Positions 9,131-21,409 of a DNA stretch of 64,000 nt are shown in pieces. Positions within the stretch are counted from its first letter, which is position 1. Every line of letters begins with the position of its first letter. The stretch covers positions 28,460 through 92,459 of the forward strand of contig PHCI01000010.1 in assembly GCA_002842205.1 (NCBI GenBank), given 5' to 3'. The notes beneath the pieces are model-generated. The model saw only the letters and a program-made list of their open reading frames with translations, made no database searches and was not told the origin of the DNA. The DNA comes from Betaproteobacteria bacterium HGW-Betaproteobacteria-3. Lineage in GTDB: Bacteria; Pseudomonadota; Gammaproteobacteria; Burkholderiales; Burkholderiaceae_C. The translations under genes were made by a program, and so were the position numbers.

Positions 9131-9508
9131 ATGAAACTCCAGCCCGACCGTTTCGACGTTCCCGCCATCACCGGTTATGGCCCGGGCTGGGTGGGCGTGA
9201 GTGGCGAGCGCGTCGAAGCCAGCGTGGTGATCGGCTCGCGCGGGCAGCGGCTGGACTGGCACTGCGATGATTTCGGCGCGCTGACCGCCAGCCATTTCGC
9301 GCAACTGGCCACGCTGGACGCCGAACTGGTCATCTTCGGCAGCGGCCAGCGGCTGCGCTTTGTGCCCGCCGCCTGGCTGCAGCCATTGATGGCGCGACGC
9401 ATCGGCCTGGAAACCATGGACACACAGGCCGCTTGCCGCACCTACAACATCCTCGCAGGCGAAGGCCGCAACGTGATCGCGGCGCTGCTGATCGAGCCTG
9501 CGGGCTGA
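9131..9508 (+). CDS. Mth938-like/NDUFAF3 (DUF498) protein
   Basis: ITGYG, ETMDTQAACRTYNILAGEGR motif. Confidence 0.9.
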   Translation: MKLQPDRFDVPAITGYGPGWVGVSGERVEASVVIGSRGQRLDWHCDDFGALTASHFAQLATLDAELVIFGSGQRLRFVPAAWLQPLMARRIGLETMDTQAACRTYNILAGEGRNVIAALLIEPAG

Positions 9509-9614
9509 CAACGCGTTTTCAGGGTAAAATCCGAGGTTGCCGCAGTTCAAAGTGCCCCACAAGACACCGCGCTGCGATCAACGACCATAACCTGTCACGC
9601 GAGATTCAATCCCT

Positions 9615-10091
9615 ATGGCGATCGTTGTCAACAAACCTCTCCCCGAATTTGAAGCGAACGCGACCAGCGGCATCAAGGTATCCAATACCACGCACCTGGG
9701 CCATGCAATGGTGCTGTACTTCTACCCGAAGGACAACACCCCCGGTTGCACCACCGAAGCCATGCAGTTCCGCGACAAATACAAGGACTTCGTGAAGGCC
9801 GGCACCACCGTGTTCGGCGTGTCGCGCGACAACATGAAATCGCACGACGAGTTCAAGGCCAAACTCGAGCTGCCCTTTGAGCTGATCGCCGACACCGAAG
9901 AGAAGATGTGCCACATGTTCGGCGTCGTCAAGAACAAGATCATGTACGGCAAGAAGGTCAAGGGCATCGAGCGCAGCACCTTCCTGATCGGCGCCGATGG
10001 CGTGCTCAAGAACGAATGGCGCGGGCTCAAGGTGCCGGGCCATGTCGAAGAAGTCCTCAAGGCCGTCAAGGCCCTGAAAAAAGCCGCCTGA
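9615..10091 (+). CDS. bcp: Peroxiredoxin, BCP/PrxQ type
   Basis: LYFYPKDNTPGCTTEA, GIERSTFLI. Confidence 0.93.
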   Translation: MAIVVNKPLPEFEANATSGIKVSNTTHLGHAMVLYFYPKDNTPGCTTEAMQFRDKYKDFVKAGTTVFGVSRDNMKSHDEFKAKLELPFELIADTEEKMCHMFGVVKNKIMYGKKVKGIERSTFLIGADGVLKNEWRGLKVPGHVEEVLKAVKALKKAA

Positions 10092-10210
10092 CGCGGGCCC
10101 TTCGGCCCGGAAACCGTTCCTGACGTTTTGCAGCCACACAGAAATGGCGCGCCCCGCGACTCATGCATAATGGGCTCATGCCGTCGGAACTTGCAACCGC
10201 GCACCCCGAG

Positions 10211-10241
10211 AAAGCCGCCTTGGCCCCCAGGCGGCTTTTTT
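10211..10241 (+). terminator. Intrinsic terminator-like hairpin upstream of phoH-family gene
   Basis: aaagccgcct-tggcccc-caggcggcttttt-t stem followed by a U-tract. Confidence 0.7.
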
Positions 10242-10277
10242 GCTTTTCGAACCTCTTTTTTGTGAGCACATTGCCCC

Positions 10278-12032
10278 ATGCCATTGCCACCTGCCCCCGC
10301 CAAACGTGCTGCCCTGCTGGCGCCCGAAGCGTACGACGCGCCGGCGCGAACCCCGCCTCGGGCCGCACGAAAACCGGAGGCCCGCGCCGACCATCCCTCG
10401 CAGGCTGAGCAGCCCCGCGCCGTCGCCCTCGACCTGCTCGACGACCGCACCGGCGGCGCGCCCGACGCCGCAGCCCAGACCACGGCGTTGCTGGACGACC
10501 TGCAGTCGCGCTGCGCCGCCCGCGAGCCCGCTGCGCCACGCCACAAAGGGCCCATGGCGCCCATGGCACCCGTGGCGCAGGCGGCCCCACGGCCCAAACG
10601 CAAGTCCAGTGGCCCGGCCAAGCTGTTTGTGCTCGACACCAACGTGCTCATGCACGACCCGATGAGCCTGTTCCGCTTTGAGGAACACGACATCTTCCTG
10701 CCCATGATCGTGCTCGAAGAGCTCGACGGCCACAAAAAGGGCATGACCGAAGTGGCCCGCAATGCGCGGCAGGCCAGCCGCACACTCGATGCGCTGGCCG
10801 GCGCCCAGGGGGCCGACATCGCCTCAGGCCTCAGGCTGGACACCACCGGCCACCGCGAAGCGGGCGGCAAGCTGTTCTTCCAGACCCAGGCGCTGGTGTC
10901 AACGCTGCCTTCGAGCCTGCCGCAGGGCAAGGCCGACAACCAGATTCTGGGCGTGGTGGACGCGCTGCGCCAGCAGCACGCGCCGCACGCCGACGCCAGC
11001 GCGCCCCCTACCGGGCGCGAGGTGGTGCTGGTGTCCAAAGACATCAACATGCGCGTCAAGGCCCGCGCACTGGGCCTGGCCACCGACGACTACCAGAACG
11101 ACAAAACCCTGGAAGACGGTGACCTGCTGTACTCTGGCGCCATGGCGCTGCCCCCCGATTTCTGGGCCCGCCACGGCAAGACCATCGAAAGCTGGCAAAG
11201 CGGCAGCCACACCTTCTACCGCATCAGCGGCCCCGTGGTGCCCAACCTGCTGATCAACCAGTTTGTGTACTTTGAGGCCCCGGGCGAGCCCAGCCTGTAC
11301 GCCCGCGTCACCGAGATCCGTGCCAAGACGGCCGTGCTCAAGACCCTGAAAGACTTTGGCCACCTGAAAAATGCCGTCTGGGGCGTGACCACACGCAACC
11401 GCGAACAGAACTTCGCCATGAACCTGCTGATGGACCCGGAGGTGGATTTCGTCACCCTCACCGGCACCGCCGGCACCGGCAAGACGCTGATGGCCCTGGC
11501 CTCGGGCCTGACCCAGGTGCTGGACGACCGGCGCTACACCGAGATCATCATGACCCGGGCCACCGTGAGCGTGGGCGAGGACATCGGCTTCCTGCCCGGC
11601 ACCGAAGAAGAAAAAATGGGCCCCTGGATGGGCGCGCTGGACGACAACCTTGAATTCCTCGCCAAGGGCGACGGCGGCGGTGCCGGTGAATGGGGCCGCG
11701 CCGCCACCAACGAGCTGATCCGCAGCCGCATCAAGATCAAGAGCATGAACTTCATGCGTGGCCGCACGTTCATGAACAAGTACGTCATCATCGACGAGGC
11801 CCAGAACCTCACGCCCAAGCAGATGAAGACCCTGATCACCCGCGCCGGGCCGGGCACCAAGATCATCTGCATGGGCAACCTCGCGCAGATCGACACGCCC
11901 TACCTCACCGAAGGCTCCTCGGGCCTCACGTTCGCGGTGGACAAGTTCAAGGGCTGGCCGCACAGTGGGCACATCACGCTGGCCCGCGGCGAGCGTTCGC
12001 GGCTGGCCGATTTCGCGAGCGAGGTGCTCTGA
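10278..12032 (+). CDS. PIN domain-PhoH family ATPase (YlaK/PhoH2-like)
   Basis: FVLDTNVLMHD (PIN), GTAGTGKT P-loop, IGFLPG, RGRT, IIDEAQN. Confidence 0.92.
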   Translation: MPLPPAPAKRAALLAPEAYDAPARTPPRAARKPEARADHPSQAEQPRAVALDLLDDRTGGAPDAAAQTTALLDDLQSRCAAREPAAPRHKGPMAPMAPVAQAAPRPKRKSSGPAKLFVLDTNVLMHDPMSLFRFEEHDIFLPMIVLEELDGHKKGMTEVARNARQASRTLDALAGAQGADIASGLRLDTTGHREAGGKLFFQTQALVSTLPSSLPQGKADNQILGVVDALRQQHAPHADASAPPTGREVVLVSKDINMRVKARALGLATDDYQNDKTLEDGDLLYSGAMALPPDFWARHGKTIESWQSGSHTFYRISGPVVPNLLINQFVYFEAPGEPSLYARVTEIRAKTAVLKTLKDFGHLKNAVWGVTTRNREQNFAMNLLMDPEVDFVTLTGTAGTGKTLMALASGLTQVLDDRRYTEIIMTRATVSVGEDIGFLPGTEEEKMGPWMGALDDNLEFLAKGDGGGAGEWGRAATNELIRSRIKIKSMNFMRGRTFMNKYVIIDEAQNLTPKQMKTLITRAGPGTKIICMGNLAQIDTPYLTEGSSGLTFAVDKFKGWPHSGHITLARGERSRLADFASEVL

Positions 12033-12057
12033 CGCCGTGTGGTTGGCCGTGGAATTT

Positions 12058-12121
12058 GCTACTCTTTAAATAGCAAGCTATAGCCTATTGACAGGGGCTA
12101 TCGGCGTATTTGTTTAAAAAT
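12058..12121 (+). repeat. Dispersed element, copy 3 (tail contains dnaB stop)
   Basis: GCTA ctctttaaa TAGC aagctatagccta TTGACAGGGGCT atcggcgtatttgtttaaaaat. Confidence 0.85.
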
Positions 12122-13517
12122 CTCCACCGCCGCCACTGGCCAGGCTCTCGAACCGCGTGAGTGGCGCCAGAAAGGCCAGCTTGACGGTTCCGGTGGGGCC
12201 GTTGCGCTGCTTGCTGATGATGATCTCGGTGACGCCGGGCTCTTTCGAGTCCTTGTTGTAGTAGTCGTCGCGGTAAATGAACATGATGATGTCGGCGTCC
12301 TGCTCAATGGCGCCCGACTCGCGCAGGTCGCTCATCATCGGCCGCTTGTCAGTACGCGACTCCACACCGCGGCTGAGCTGCGACAGCGCAATCACGGGGC
12401 ATTGCAGTTCCTTGGCCAGCATCTTCAAACCGCGCGAGATTTCACCGACGGCGGTGGCGCGGTTCTCGTCGCTCATGCTGCTCGACACACTCATCAGCTG
12501 AAGGTAGTCGACGACGATCAGGCCGAGCTTGCCACACTGGCGTGCCAGTCGGCGCGCGTTGGCGCGGAGCTCGCTCACCGTCAGGCCCGGGGTTTCATCG
12601 ATGTGCAGCGAAATGGTGCGCAGCTTCTCGATGGCTTCGGTCAGCCGTGGCCATTCGTCATCGGTCAGCTTGCCGGTGCGCAGATGGCCCTGGTCGATGC
12701 GGCCAATCGAACCCACAATCCGCACGGCCAGTTGCGAGGCACCCATTTCCATCGAGAACACCGCCACCGGCAGGCCTTCATTCAGCGCCACGTGCTCGGC
12801 GATGTTGATCGCCAGTGCCGTCTTGCCCATCGACGGGCGGGCGGCCAGCACGATCATGTCGCCGGCCTGGAAACCCGAAGTCAGGCGGTCCAGGTCATAA
12901 AACCCGGTGGGCACGCCGGTGATGTCATTCGGGTTGTCGGCCATCTCCTGCACGCGGTCGAGCAGATCGACCACCAGCGAGTCCATGCCCTGGAAACCCT
13001 GCTTCATCCGCGAGCCTTCCTCGCCGATGTTGAAAATCTTCTGCTCGGCCTCGTCCAGGATCTTGTCCACGGGCTTGCCCTGCGGATTGAAGGCATTGGT
13101 GGCGATCTCGTCGCTGGCGGCCACCAGCTTGCGCAGGATCGAGCGCTCGCGCACGATCTCGGCATAACGGCGGATGTTGCTGGCGCTGGGGACATATTGC
13201 GCCAGCGAGTTCAAATAGCCCAGCCCCCCGACCTCCTCGGCCTTGCCCAGGTTTTGCAGGTGCTCAAACACGGTGATCACATCGGCAGGCTTGCTGGCAT
13301 TGACCAGCGCGCCGATGGCGGCGTAGATGAGCCGGTGTTCGTAGCGGTAGAAGTTGCCATCGCTCAGCAGATCGCCAACGCGGTCCCAGGCGCCGTTGTC
13401 CAGCAGCAGGCCGCCCAGCACGCTGGACTCGGCCTCGATGGAGTGCGGCGGAATGCGCAACTGCGCGACCTGGCGGTCGGTCGGAAAATCGTCAACGGCG
13501 GTCAGAACAGCAGACAT
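12114..13517 (-). CDS. dnaB: Replicative DNA helicase
   Basis: PPHSIEAE, AARPSMGKT, VDYLQLM, SDLRESGAIEQDAD, KQRNGP. Confidence 0.98.
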   Translation of the reverse strand: MSAVLTAVDDFPTDRQVAQLRIPPHSIEAESSVLGGLLLDNGAWDRVGDLLSDGNFYRYEHRLIYAAIGALVNASKPADVITVFEHLQNLGKAEEVGGLGYLNSLAQYVPSASNIRRYAEIVRERSILRKLVAASDEIATNAFNPQGKPVDKILDEAEQKIFNIGEEGSRMKQGFQGMDSLVVDLLDRVQEMADNPNDITGVPTGFYDLDRLTSGFQAGDMIVLAARPSMGKTALAINIAEHVALNEGLPVAVFSMEMGASQLAVRIVGSIGRIDQGHLRTGKLTDDEWPRLTEAIEKLRTISLHIDETPGLTVSELRANARRLARQCGKLGLIVVDYLQLMSVSSSMSDENRATAVGEISRGLKMLAKELQCPVIALSQLSRGVESRTDKRPMMSDLRESGAIEQDADIIMFIYRDDYYNKDSKEPGVTEIIISKQRNGPTGTVKLAFLAPLTRFESLASGGGGDF

Positions 13518-13580
13518 GGGGAGTTGGGTCTCAAACCTTTGATGCTACGCCGCCAGGAGGGCCGCGTCACGGGAAAAGCC

Positions 13581-13589
13581 TGTGCATAA
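13581..13589 (-). promoter_or_regulatory. DnaA box upstream of dnaB
   Basis: TGTGCATAA = TTATGCACA, matches TTATNCACA; degenerate boxes follow (cgtggacat, aagggataa). Confidence 0.55.
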
Positions 13590-13633
13590 GTCGTGGACAT
13601 CCGGTGAAATGCAAGGGATAAACGCCCGTCGCC

Positions 13634-13660
13634 AAAACAAAGGCCGCCCGAAGGCGGCCT
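13634..13660 (-). terminator. Intrinsic terminator of rpsF-priB-rpsR-rplI
   Basis: aggccgcc-cgaa-ggcggcct hairpin with A-tract on the plus side (U-tract on minus). Confidence 0.75.
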
Positions 13661-13712
13661 CTGGTGGATGGCCCACAGCCTCAGCGGCCATGCGCGCCCC
13701 GACGGGCGTGCA

Positions 13713-14165
13713 TCACGCCGATTCGCCGTAAACCGTGACGTTGATCTCGATCACCACGTCGGTGTGCAGCGACACGCTCACGGCGCTGTCGCCCACGACC
13801 TTGATCGGGCCGTTGGGCATGCGAACCTGGGACTTCACAAGCTTGTAGCCCTGCTTGTTCAGCTCTTCGGCGATGTCATGGTTGGTGACCGAGCCGAACA
13901 GTCGGCCGTCCACACCGGCTTTTTGGGTCAGCTTGATGGTGGTGCCGGCCAGCTTTTCGCCCTGGGCCTGCGATTCGGCCAGTTTGGCCGCGGCCACTTT
14001 TTCGAGCTCGGCACGCTTGGCTTCGAATTCAGCCTTGTTGGCGGCGGTGGCGCGGCGGGCGCGGCCACTGGGGATCAGGAAGTTGCGGGCATAGCCGTCC
14101 TTGACCTTGACGACTTCGCCCAGGTTGCCGAGGTTCACGACCTTGTCGAGCAGAATGATTTGCAT
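13713..14165 (-). CDS. rplI: 50S ribosomal protein L9
   Basis: [16 protein letters not shown]...[17 protein letters not shown]. Confidence 0.98.
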   Translation of the reverse strand: MQIILLDKVVNLGNLGEVVKVKDGYARNFLIPSGRARRATAANKAEFEAKRAELEKVAAAKLAESQAQGEKLAGTTIKLTQKAGVDGRLFGSVTNHDIAEELNKQGYKLVKSQVRMPNGPIKVVGDSAVSVSLHTDVVIEINVTVYGESA

Positions 14166-14178
14166 GTTCGTGACTCCC

Positions 14179-14460
14179 TTAGATGCGGTGCTGGTCGCTG
14201 TACGGCAGCATGGCCAGGAAGCGGGCCCGCTTGATGGCCGTGTTGAGCTGGCGCTGGTAGATCGCGCGCGTGCCGGTCAGGCGTGCGGGGATGATCTTGC
14301 CGTTTTCGGCAATGAAATCGCGCAGGGTGTCGATGTCCTTGTAGTCGATTTCCTCGACGTGGGCCACCGTGAAGCGGCAAAAGCGCTTGCGCTTGAACAG
14401 CAGGGACTGGGTGTTGCGCTTGGGACGCTTGTCTTTGTTGAACTTCTTGAAAGTGGCCAT
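14179..14460 (-). CDS. rpsR: 30S ribosomal protein S18
   Basis: [27 protein letters not shown]. Confidence 0.98.
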   Translation of the reverse strand: MATFKKFNKDKRPKRNTQSLLFKRKRFCRFTVAHVEEIDYKDIDTLRDFIAENGKIIPARLTGTRAIYQRQLNTAIKRARFLAMLPYSDQHRI

Positions 14461-14478
14461 TTTGTGGGCCTCCTGAAA

Positions 14479-14766
14479 TTAAAAGGGCTGAAACTCTTGA
14501 ATGTGGAAAACAACGCTCTTGCCATTGCGCGGCGAGGCCAGAAACCCCGTGAACTTCCAACTGCTGCCGATGTCTTGCCGAACGAGCCGTTCGGCCAGGG
14601 CACCCAGGGCAACCGCCTTGATCGCCATTTTGATCTGCCGGGTTTGTCCTGCATCCTGGACGCTCGATTCATGTTCGAGCCTCAGGTTCAGGGCCGGAAG
14701 ACCCGCCGGGGTGTAGCGCAGGGGTTCTGCCTGGGCAATACACGCCGTCAAGGCGAGCTGGTTCAC
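14479..14766 (-). CDS. priB: Primosomal replication protein PriB
   Basis: NQLALTA, LRYTPAG, LEHES; position between rpsF and rpsR; GTG start at 14766 inferred. Confidence 0.9.
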   Translation of the reverse strand: MNQLALTACIAQAEPLRYTPAGLPALNLRLEHESSVQDAGQTRQIKMAIKAVALGALAERLVRQDIGSSWKFTGFLASPRNGKSVVFHIQEFQPF

Positions 14767-14788
14767 GTAGGTTGCGGGGCCTTCCGCA

Positions 14789-15160
14789 TCAATTGTTGTT
14801 GGCAAACTCCGCCTGCTGGGCCTTGCGCGTTTCCTCGCGCTCGACGGTCTTCATCATCAGCGAAGGCGCTGTGTCGGCCTTCTTCTTGCTGACGGTCAGG
14901 TGACGCAGCACCGCGTCGTTGAACTTGAACGCATGCTCAAGTTCGGCCATCACGGCCTGATCGGCCTCGATGTTGATGCACAGATAGTGGGCTTTGCCCA
15001 GCTTGTTGATCTGGTAGATCAGCTGGCGACGGCCCCAGTCTTCCACACGATGCACCTTGCCGTTGCCGGCGGTGATCATGCCCTTGTAACGCTCGAGCAT
15101 GGCAGGCACCTGCTCGCTTTGATCCGGGTGGATCATCAAGATGATTTCATAGTGACGCAT
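14789..15160 (-). CDS. rpsF: 30S ribosomal protein S6
   Basis: [21 protein letters not shown]. Confidence 0.98.
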   Translation of the reverse strand: MRHYEIILMIHPDQSEQVPAMLERYKGMITAGNGKVHRVEDWGRRQLIYQINKLGKAHYLCINIEADQAVMAELEHAFKFNDAVLRHLTVSKKKADTAPSLMMKTVEREETRKAQQAEFANNN

Positions 15161-15230
15161 TCAGACTCCTTGAGGATTGACCAAAATGGTAAGCCGCCCC
15201 CAGCGTCAGGATGGGGTGCGGCAAGGTGAG
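15161..15230 (-). promoter_or_regulatory. rpsF leader, S6:S18-binding-type autoregulatory RNA
   Basis: Minus strand CCTTG-CCG...CAAGGAG: CCTTG pairs with the SD-containing CAAGG and is followed by the CCG motif; TATAAT -10 at 15237-15242. Confidence 0.6.
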
Positions 15231-15367
15231 CCTTTGATTATAGCCCGCCGGAAAGGCGCGGTCAAAACACCGCCGGACCAAACATCGCCATACTTGACGG
15301 TCTGACCCTGATCGCCCCCCACGCCACGCCGACCCCGCCGACGCAACAAACCGGCAGCGCCAACATG

Positions 15368-15400
15368 AAAAAACCCCGCCGACGCGAATCAGCGGGGTTT
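15368..15400 (-). terminator. Intrinsic terminator downstream of symporter
   Basis: aaaaaaccccgc...gcggggttt hairpin with U-tract on minus. Confidence 0.7.
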
Positions 15401-15454
15401 GTGGCACCGACAGACTCCCGTCTGCCGGTGCAACACCGTCAAGGTGGCGCGCCG

Positions 15455-17593
15455 TCAGGCGGCCTTGGGCCGGGTGTCGCCCCGGATGCTCGGGTAGCGC
15501 ACATGATCGACCAGCTCCTGCACCTTCTTGCTCGGCGCCGGGGTCACCAGGCTGACCAGGATGATCACGGCAAAACCGATCGGCACGCCAAACACACCGG
15601 CCGAAATTGGCTGGATGCCATACCAGAGTTCCACTGGCGAGGTCACGCCAAAGATGCCGCGCATCCAGGTCTGGGTGGTCGCCATGTAGTAGAACGTGGT
15701 GCCCAGGCCAGCCACCATGCCCAGCGATGCGGCGATGCCGGTGGCGCGCTTCCAGAAGATGCCCAGGGTCAGGGCCGGGAAGAAGGCCGCGGCTGCGAAC
15801 GAGAACGCCGCCGACACCAGGAACAGGATGTCCGCCGGCTTCTGGGCCGCCACGTACGCCGCACACAAGGCCACCACCAGCAGCAGCACCTTGGAGATGG
15901 TCACCCGGCGGGCCGTCGAGGCGTTCGGGTCGATCATCTTGTAGTACAGGTCATGGCTCAGGGCGTTGGCAATCGTCAGCAGCAGGCCGTCGGCCGTGGA
16001 CAGCGCTGCGGCCAGGCCGCCCGCGGCCACCAGACCGGACACCACGTACGGCAAGCCGCCAATGGCCGGCGCCGCCAGCACGATGATGTCACCGCCGATG
16101 CTCATCTCGTTGAGTTGCAGGATGCCGTCCTTGTTGATGTCCACCACGGACAGCAGCCCCGGATCGACCCGGTTCCACTCGGCAATCCACACTGGCAACT
16201 GGCTGAATGGCGTCCCGATCAGCACGGTGAACACCTCGTATTTCACCAGCACCGCCAGCGCGGGCGCCGTGAAGTACAGCAGGAAGATGAAGAACAGCGA
16301 CCAGCTCACCGACTGCCGCGCCTCTTTCACGCTGGGTGTGGTGTAGTAACGCATCAGGATGTGCGGCAGCGCGGCCGTGCCCACCATCAGGCAGAAGATC
16401 AACGCCAGGAAGTTGCGACGCGAAGTGTCGTACGCATTTTTGGCGGCCGCATCACCATCCGGATTGCCTGCAAACTGCTGTGCGTGCGGTGGCATCCCGT
16501 TGAGTGGCTTGGCCTTGGTATCGGCTCCCGCTTTGGCTTTGGTCCAGGCCGCTTTGGCTGCAGTCTCGTCCTTGGGCAGGGCCGAGAGCGCCCTTTCAGC
16601 AGCGACGATATCGGCCGCCGCGCCATTGGCCGCTTTCAGATCAGCCACTTTTTGCTCAGCGGCCACCTTGTCCGCCGTCAGGGCGCTTGCCGGGTCTTTC
16701 AGCTTTGCCGCCAGATCGGCTGAGCGCTGCTTGAAAATTTCCCGAACCTCAATCTCTTTCGGGTCGTTGGTAAGCTTTTTCTCCGCTTCCGTGACCTTCT
16801 GGAGTTGAAAGCCGTAAATGGCCTGCGGCACCGGCACGCTGGTCTGCTTGACCGACAGCCACACCACCGGGATCATGTAGGCCACGATCAAAATGATGTA
16901 CTGCGCCACCTGCGTCCAGGTTACCGCGCGCATGCCCCCCAGGAACGAACACACCAGAATGCCGCCCAGGCCCAGGAAAATCCCGAGCTCGAACGCCACC
17001 CCGGTCAGCCGCGCCGTGATCAGGCCCACGCCATAGATCTGCGCCACGACATAAGTGAACGAACACAAAATCGCCGCGACGATGCCAAGGAAACGCGGCA
17101 GATTGCCGCCGTAGCGTTCACCCAGAAAGTCGGGAATCGTGAACTGGCCAAACTTGCGCAGGTAAGGCGCCAGGAACAGCGCCACCAGGCAGTAGCCGCC
17201 CGTCCAGCCCATGATGAAAGCCAACCCGCCGTAACCCGTGAGGTACAGCGTGCCGGCCATACCGATAAACGATGCGGCCGACATCCAGTCGGCGCCGGTG
17301 GCCATGCCGTTGTACACCGCGGGCACGCGTCGCCCCGCCACGTAGTATTCCGCGGCGTCAGTGGTGCGGCTCATGATGCCGATGCCGGCATACAGGCCAA
17401 TCGTCGCGATCAGGAAGATGAAACCGATCCACTGGCGCGACAGCCCCATCTGCTCCAGGATGGCCAGTGCCACCACGAAAATCAGGAAACCGCCGGTGTA
17501 CCACTTGTAGACCTTGTTGAGGCCCGACTTGAACGCCTTGTTGGCCGCCGCATTGCTGCCGCCGCCCGCATCTGAACCAAACATTCCAGCCAT
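15455..17593 (-). CDS. Sodium:solute symporter, ActP-like (acetate/monocarboxylate permease family)
   Basis: YYVAGR, NGMATGADWMSAAS, GTAALPHILMRYYT, AAALST; large soluble insertion. Confidence 0.9.
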   Translation of the reverse strand: MAGMFGSDAGGGSNAAANKAFKSGLNKVYKWYTGGFLIFVVALAILEQMGLSRQWIGFIFLIATIGLYAGIGIMSRTTDAAEYYVAGRRVPAVYNGMATGADWMSAASFIGMAGTLYLTGYGGLAFIMGWTGGYCLVALFLAPYLRKFGQFTIPDFLGERYGGNLPRFLGIVAAILCSFTYVVAQIYGVGLITARLTGVAFELGIFLGLGGILVCSFLGGMRAVTWTQVAQYIILIVAYMIPVVWLSVKQTSVPVPQAIYGFQLQKVTEAEKKLTNDPKEIEVREIFKQRSADLAAKLKDPASALTADKVAAEQKVADLKAANGAAADIVAAERALSALPKDETAAKAAWTKAKAGADTKAKPLNGMPPHAQQFAGNPDGDAAAKNAYDTSRRNFLALIFCLMVGTAALPHILMRYYTTPSVKEARQSVSWSLFFIFLLYFTAPALAVLVKYEVFTVLIGTPFSQLPVWIAEWNRVDPGLLSVVDINKDGILQLNEMSIGGDIIVLAAPAIGGLPYVVSGLVAAGGLAAALSTADGLLLTIANALSHDLYYKMIDPNASTARRVTISKVLLLVVALCAAYVAAQKPADILFLVSAAFSFAAAAFFPALTLGIFWKRATGIAASLGMVAGLGTTFYYMATTQTWMRGIFGVTSPVELWYGIQPISAGVFGVPIGFAVIILVSLVTPAPSKKVQELVDHVRYPSIRGDTRPKAA

Positions 17594-17595
17594 GA

Positions 17596-17856
17596 TCAGT
17601 CCTCGCTTTCTTCAACACCATGCTCGATGTCGAGCTTGCCCATGTACCTGGCATAAAACCAGATGATCAGGCAGTAAATCACCAACGCGCCTTGCGCCCC
17701 GACCCAGAAGCTGAAAGGCCAGCCAAAGAAATTGAAGCTCAACTCACGCGCGAAATAACTCACGACAAACGTGACCACGAACCAGATCGCCAGCAGCACG
17801 GCCGTGATGTTCAGGTTCTTCTGCCAATAATGGCGGTGGGATTCTGTCAACTGCAT
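17596..17856 (-). CDS. DUF4212 small symporter-associated membrane subunit
   Basis: YWQKNL...GWPFSFWVGAQGAL, immediately upstream of the SSS gene. Confidence 0.88.
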   Translation of the reverse strand: MQLTESHRHYWQKNLNITAVLLAIWFVVTFVVSYFARELSFNFFGWPFSFWVGAQGALVIYCLIIWFYARYMGKLDIEHGVEESED

Positions 17857-17991
17857 GTCAACTACCTCCAGGAACGACACCCTTGCGGGCATTTCACGAC
17901 CACCCCGCTTCAAGGCTGGGGCCTGCAACCCGGTCGCGTCTTGTTACCGGCCCGGTCTCCTCCGCGGCCTTCAAGTGTTCACTCTGCCGAC

Positions 17992-18567
17992 TCACGCGGA
18001 CGGCGCAATGCGCAATCCGGTCTCGCGTTCCAGCTGGGCGGCCACTTTCGGTTCGAACCCCTTGAGATGGCGAATGATCTTCACCGCCTCATCGGGCTCG
18101 TGCCGGTCTGCATGAACCCGGGCCAGCTGATACCAGCCGTAGGGGCTCATGGGTTGCAGTTCGGTGTTGTGGCGCAACGCCTCGACGGCTTCGTCAAAGC
18201 GGCGCTCATGGATCAGGATCAACGCCAGACCGTACCAGGCGCGGTCCATCTTGGGTTCAAGGCGCGTGGCCTGACGGAATGCCGCCTCCGCCTCGGCCTT
18301 CTGGCCCGTTTCGTCCAGCAGATAGCCCAGGTTGAACCAGGCCGCGGCGTGACCGGGATGAACGGCCACCAGCCGATGCAGGGCCTCGATGGCGCCCGCC
18401 TTGTCGCCCAGTTGGGCCCTCACGTGCGCAAGGCTGCCCAGCGCGTAACGGTCGTCCGGCACCAGGGCCAGCATGGCGTCAAACCGCTGCAACGCAGCGC
18501 CACGCTGCCCGAAAACCAGCAGGGCCATCGCTTGGCTCTTGAGGAAAAGGTAGTTAAACCGGCTCAT
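17992..18567 (-). CDS. Tetratricopeptide repeat protein
   Basis: AWFNLGYLL, AWYGLAL, GWYQLARV TPR helices; ATG overlaps the stop of the upstream gene. Confidence 0.85.
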   Translation of the reverse strand: MSRFNYLFLKSQAMALLVFGQRGAALQRFDAMLALVPDDRYALGSLAHVRAQLGDKAGAIEALHRLVAVHPGHAAAWFNLGYLLDETGQKAEAEAAFRQATRLEPKMDRAWYGLALILIHERRFDEAVEALRHNTELQPMSPYGWYQLARVHADRHEPDEAVKIIRHLKGFEPKVAAQLERETGLRIAPSA

Positions 18568-18860
18568 TTGCACAACTCCACGCCGATCTTGAGGCAGGTG
18601 CTGATCTTCCAGACCGTCACGCCCAGCCAGACGAACGCCAGCAGCAGGAAAGCCACCAGCGGGTGATGGCGCTCCAGCACAAAGCGGGGCGTCACAAAGC
18701 GCGCCATCGCCACAAACGGCCGTCCCACGATGGCCAGGATCTGGTAGAAAAGGTTCTGCTCTTTTTTGGCGCCGGCCAACAGGCCCAGCACCCATTGCCC
18801 CAGCAAGGCCAGCAGGGCAATTTCGGTAACCAGCTTGACGGCTTCAATGACAGTCAGCAT
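18564..18860 (-). CDS. Hypothetical membrane protein
   Basis: 98-aa hydrophobic ORF translationally coupled to the TPR gene. Confidence 0.75.
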   Translation of the reverse strand: MLTVIEAVKLVTEIALLALLGQWVLGLLAGAKKEQNLFYQILAIVGRPFVAMARFVTPRFVLERHHPLVAFLLLAFVWLGVTVWKISTCLKIGVELCK

Positions 18861-19018
18861 GCAATCTCACAGAGTGATGGACGCATTGTTGGCCGTGCAC
18901 TTACCGTTTTCTTACAAACGGGCTGGCACCTCGACCGCCCCGTACAAACACCGACAGGGTTTTCCCTTGATTTTTCAGTCATCAAGCCGACCGCGTCGGC
19001 CTGATGCGAAAAAAGCAT

Positions 19019-21409
<2,391 letters not shown>

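Noticed and set aside
10278..12032. PIN domain as toxin of a toxin-antitoxin or defence system
   Set aside because: A PIN-PhoH fusion next to bcp is a common housekeeping arrangement, and no antitoxin ORF is evident.
13575..13625. Replication origin at the DnaA boxes near dnaB
   Set aside because: Only one consensus box, no AT-rich unwinding element and no dnaA/gidA context.
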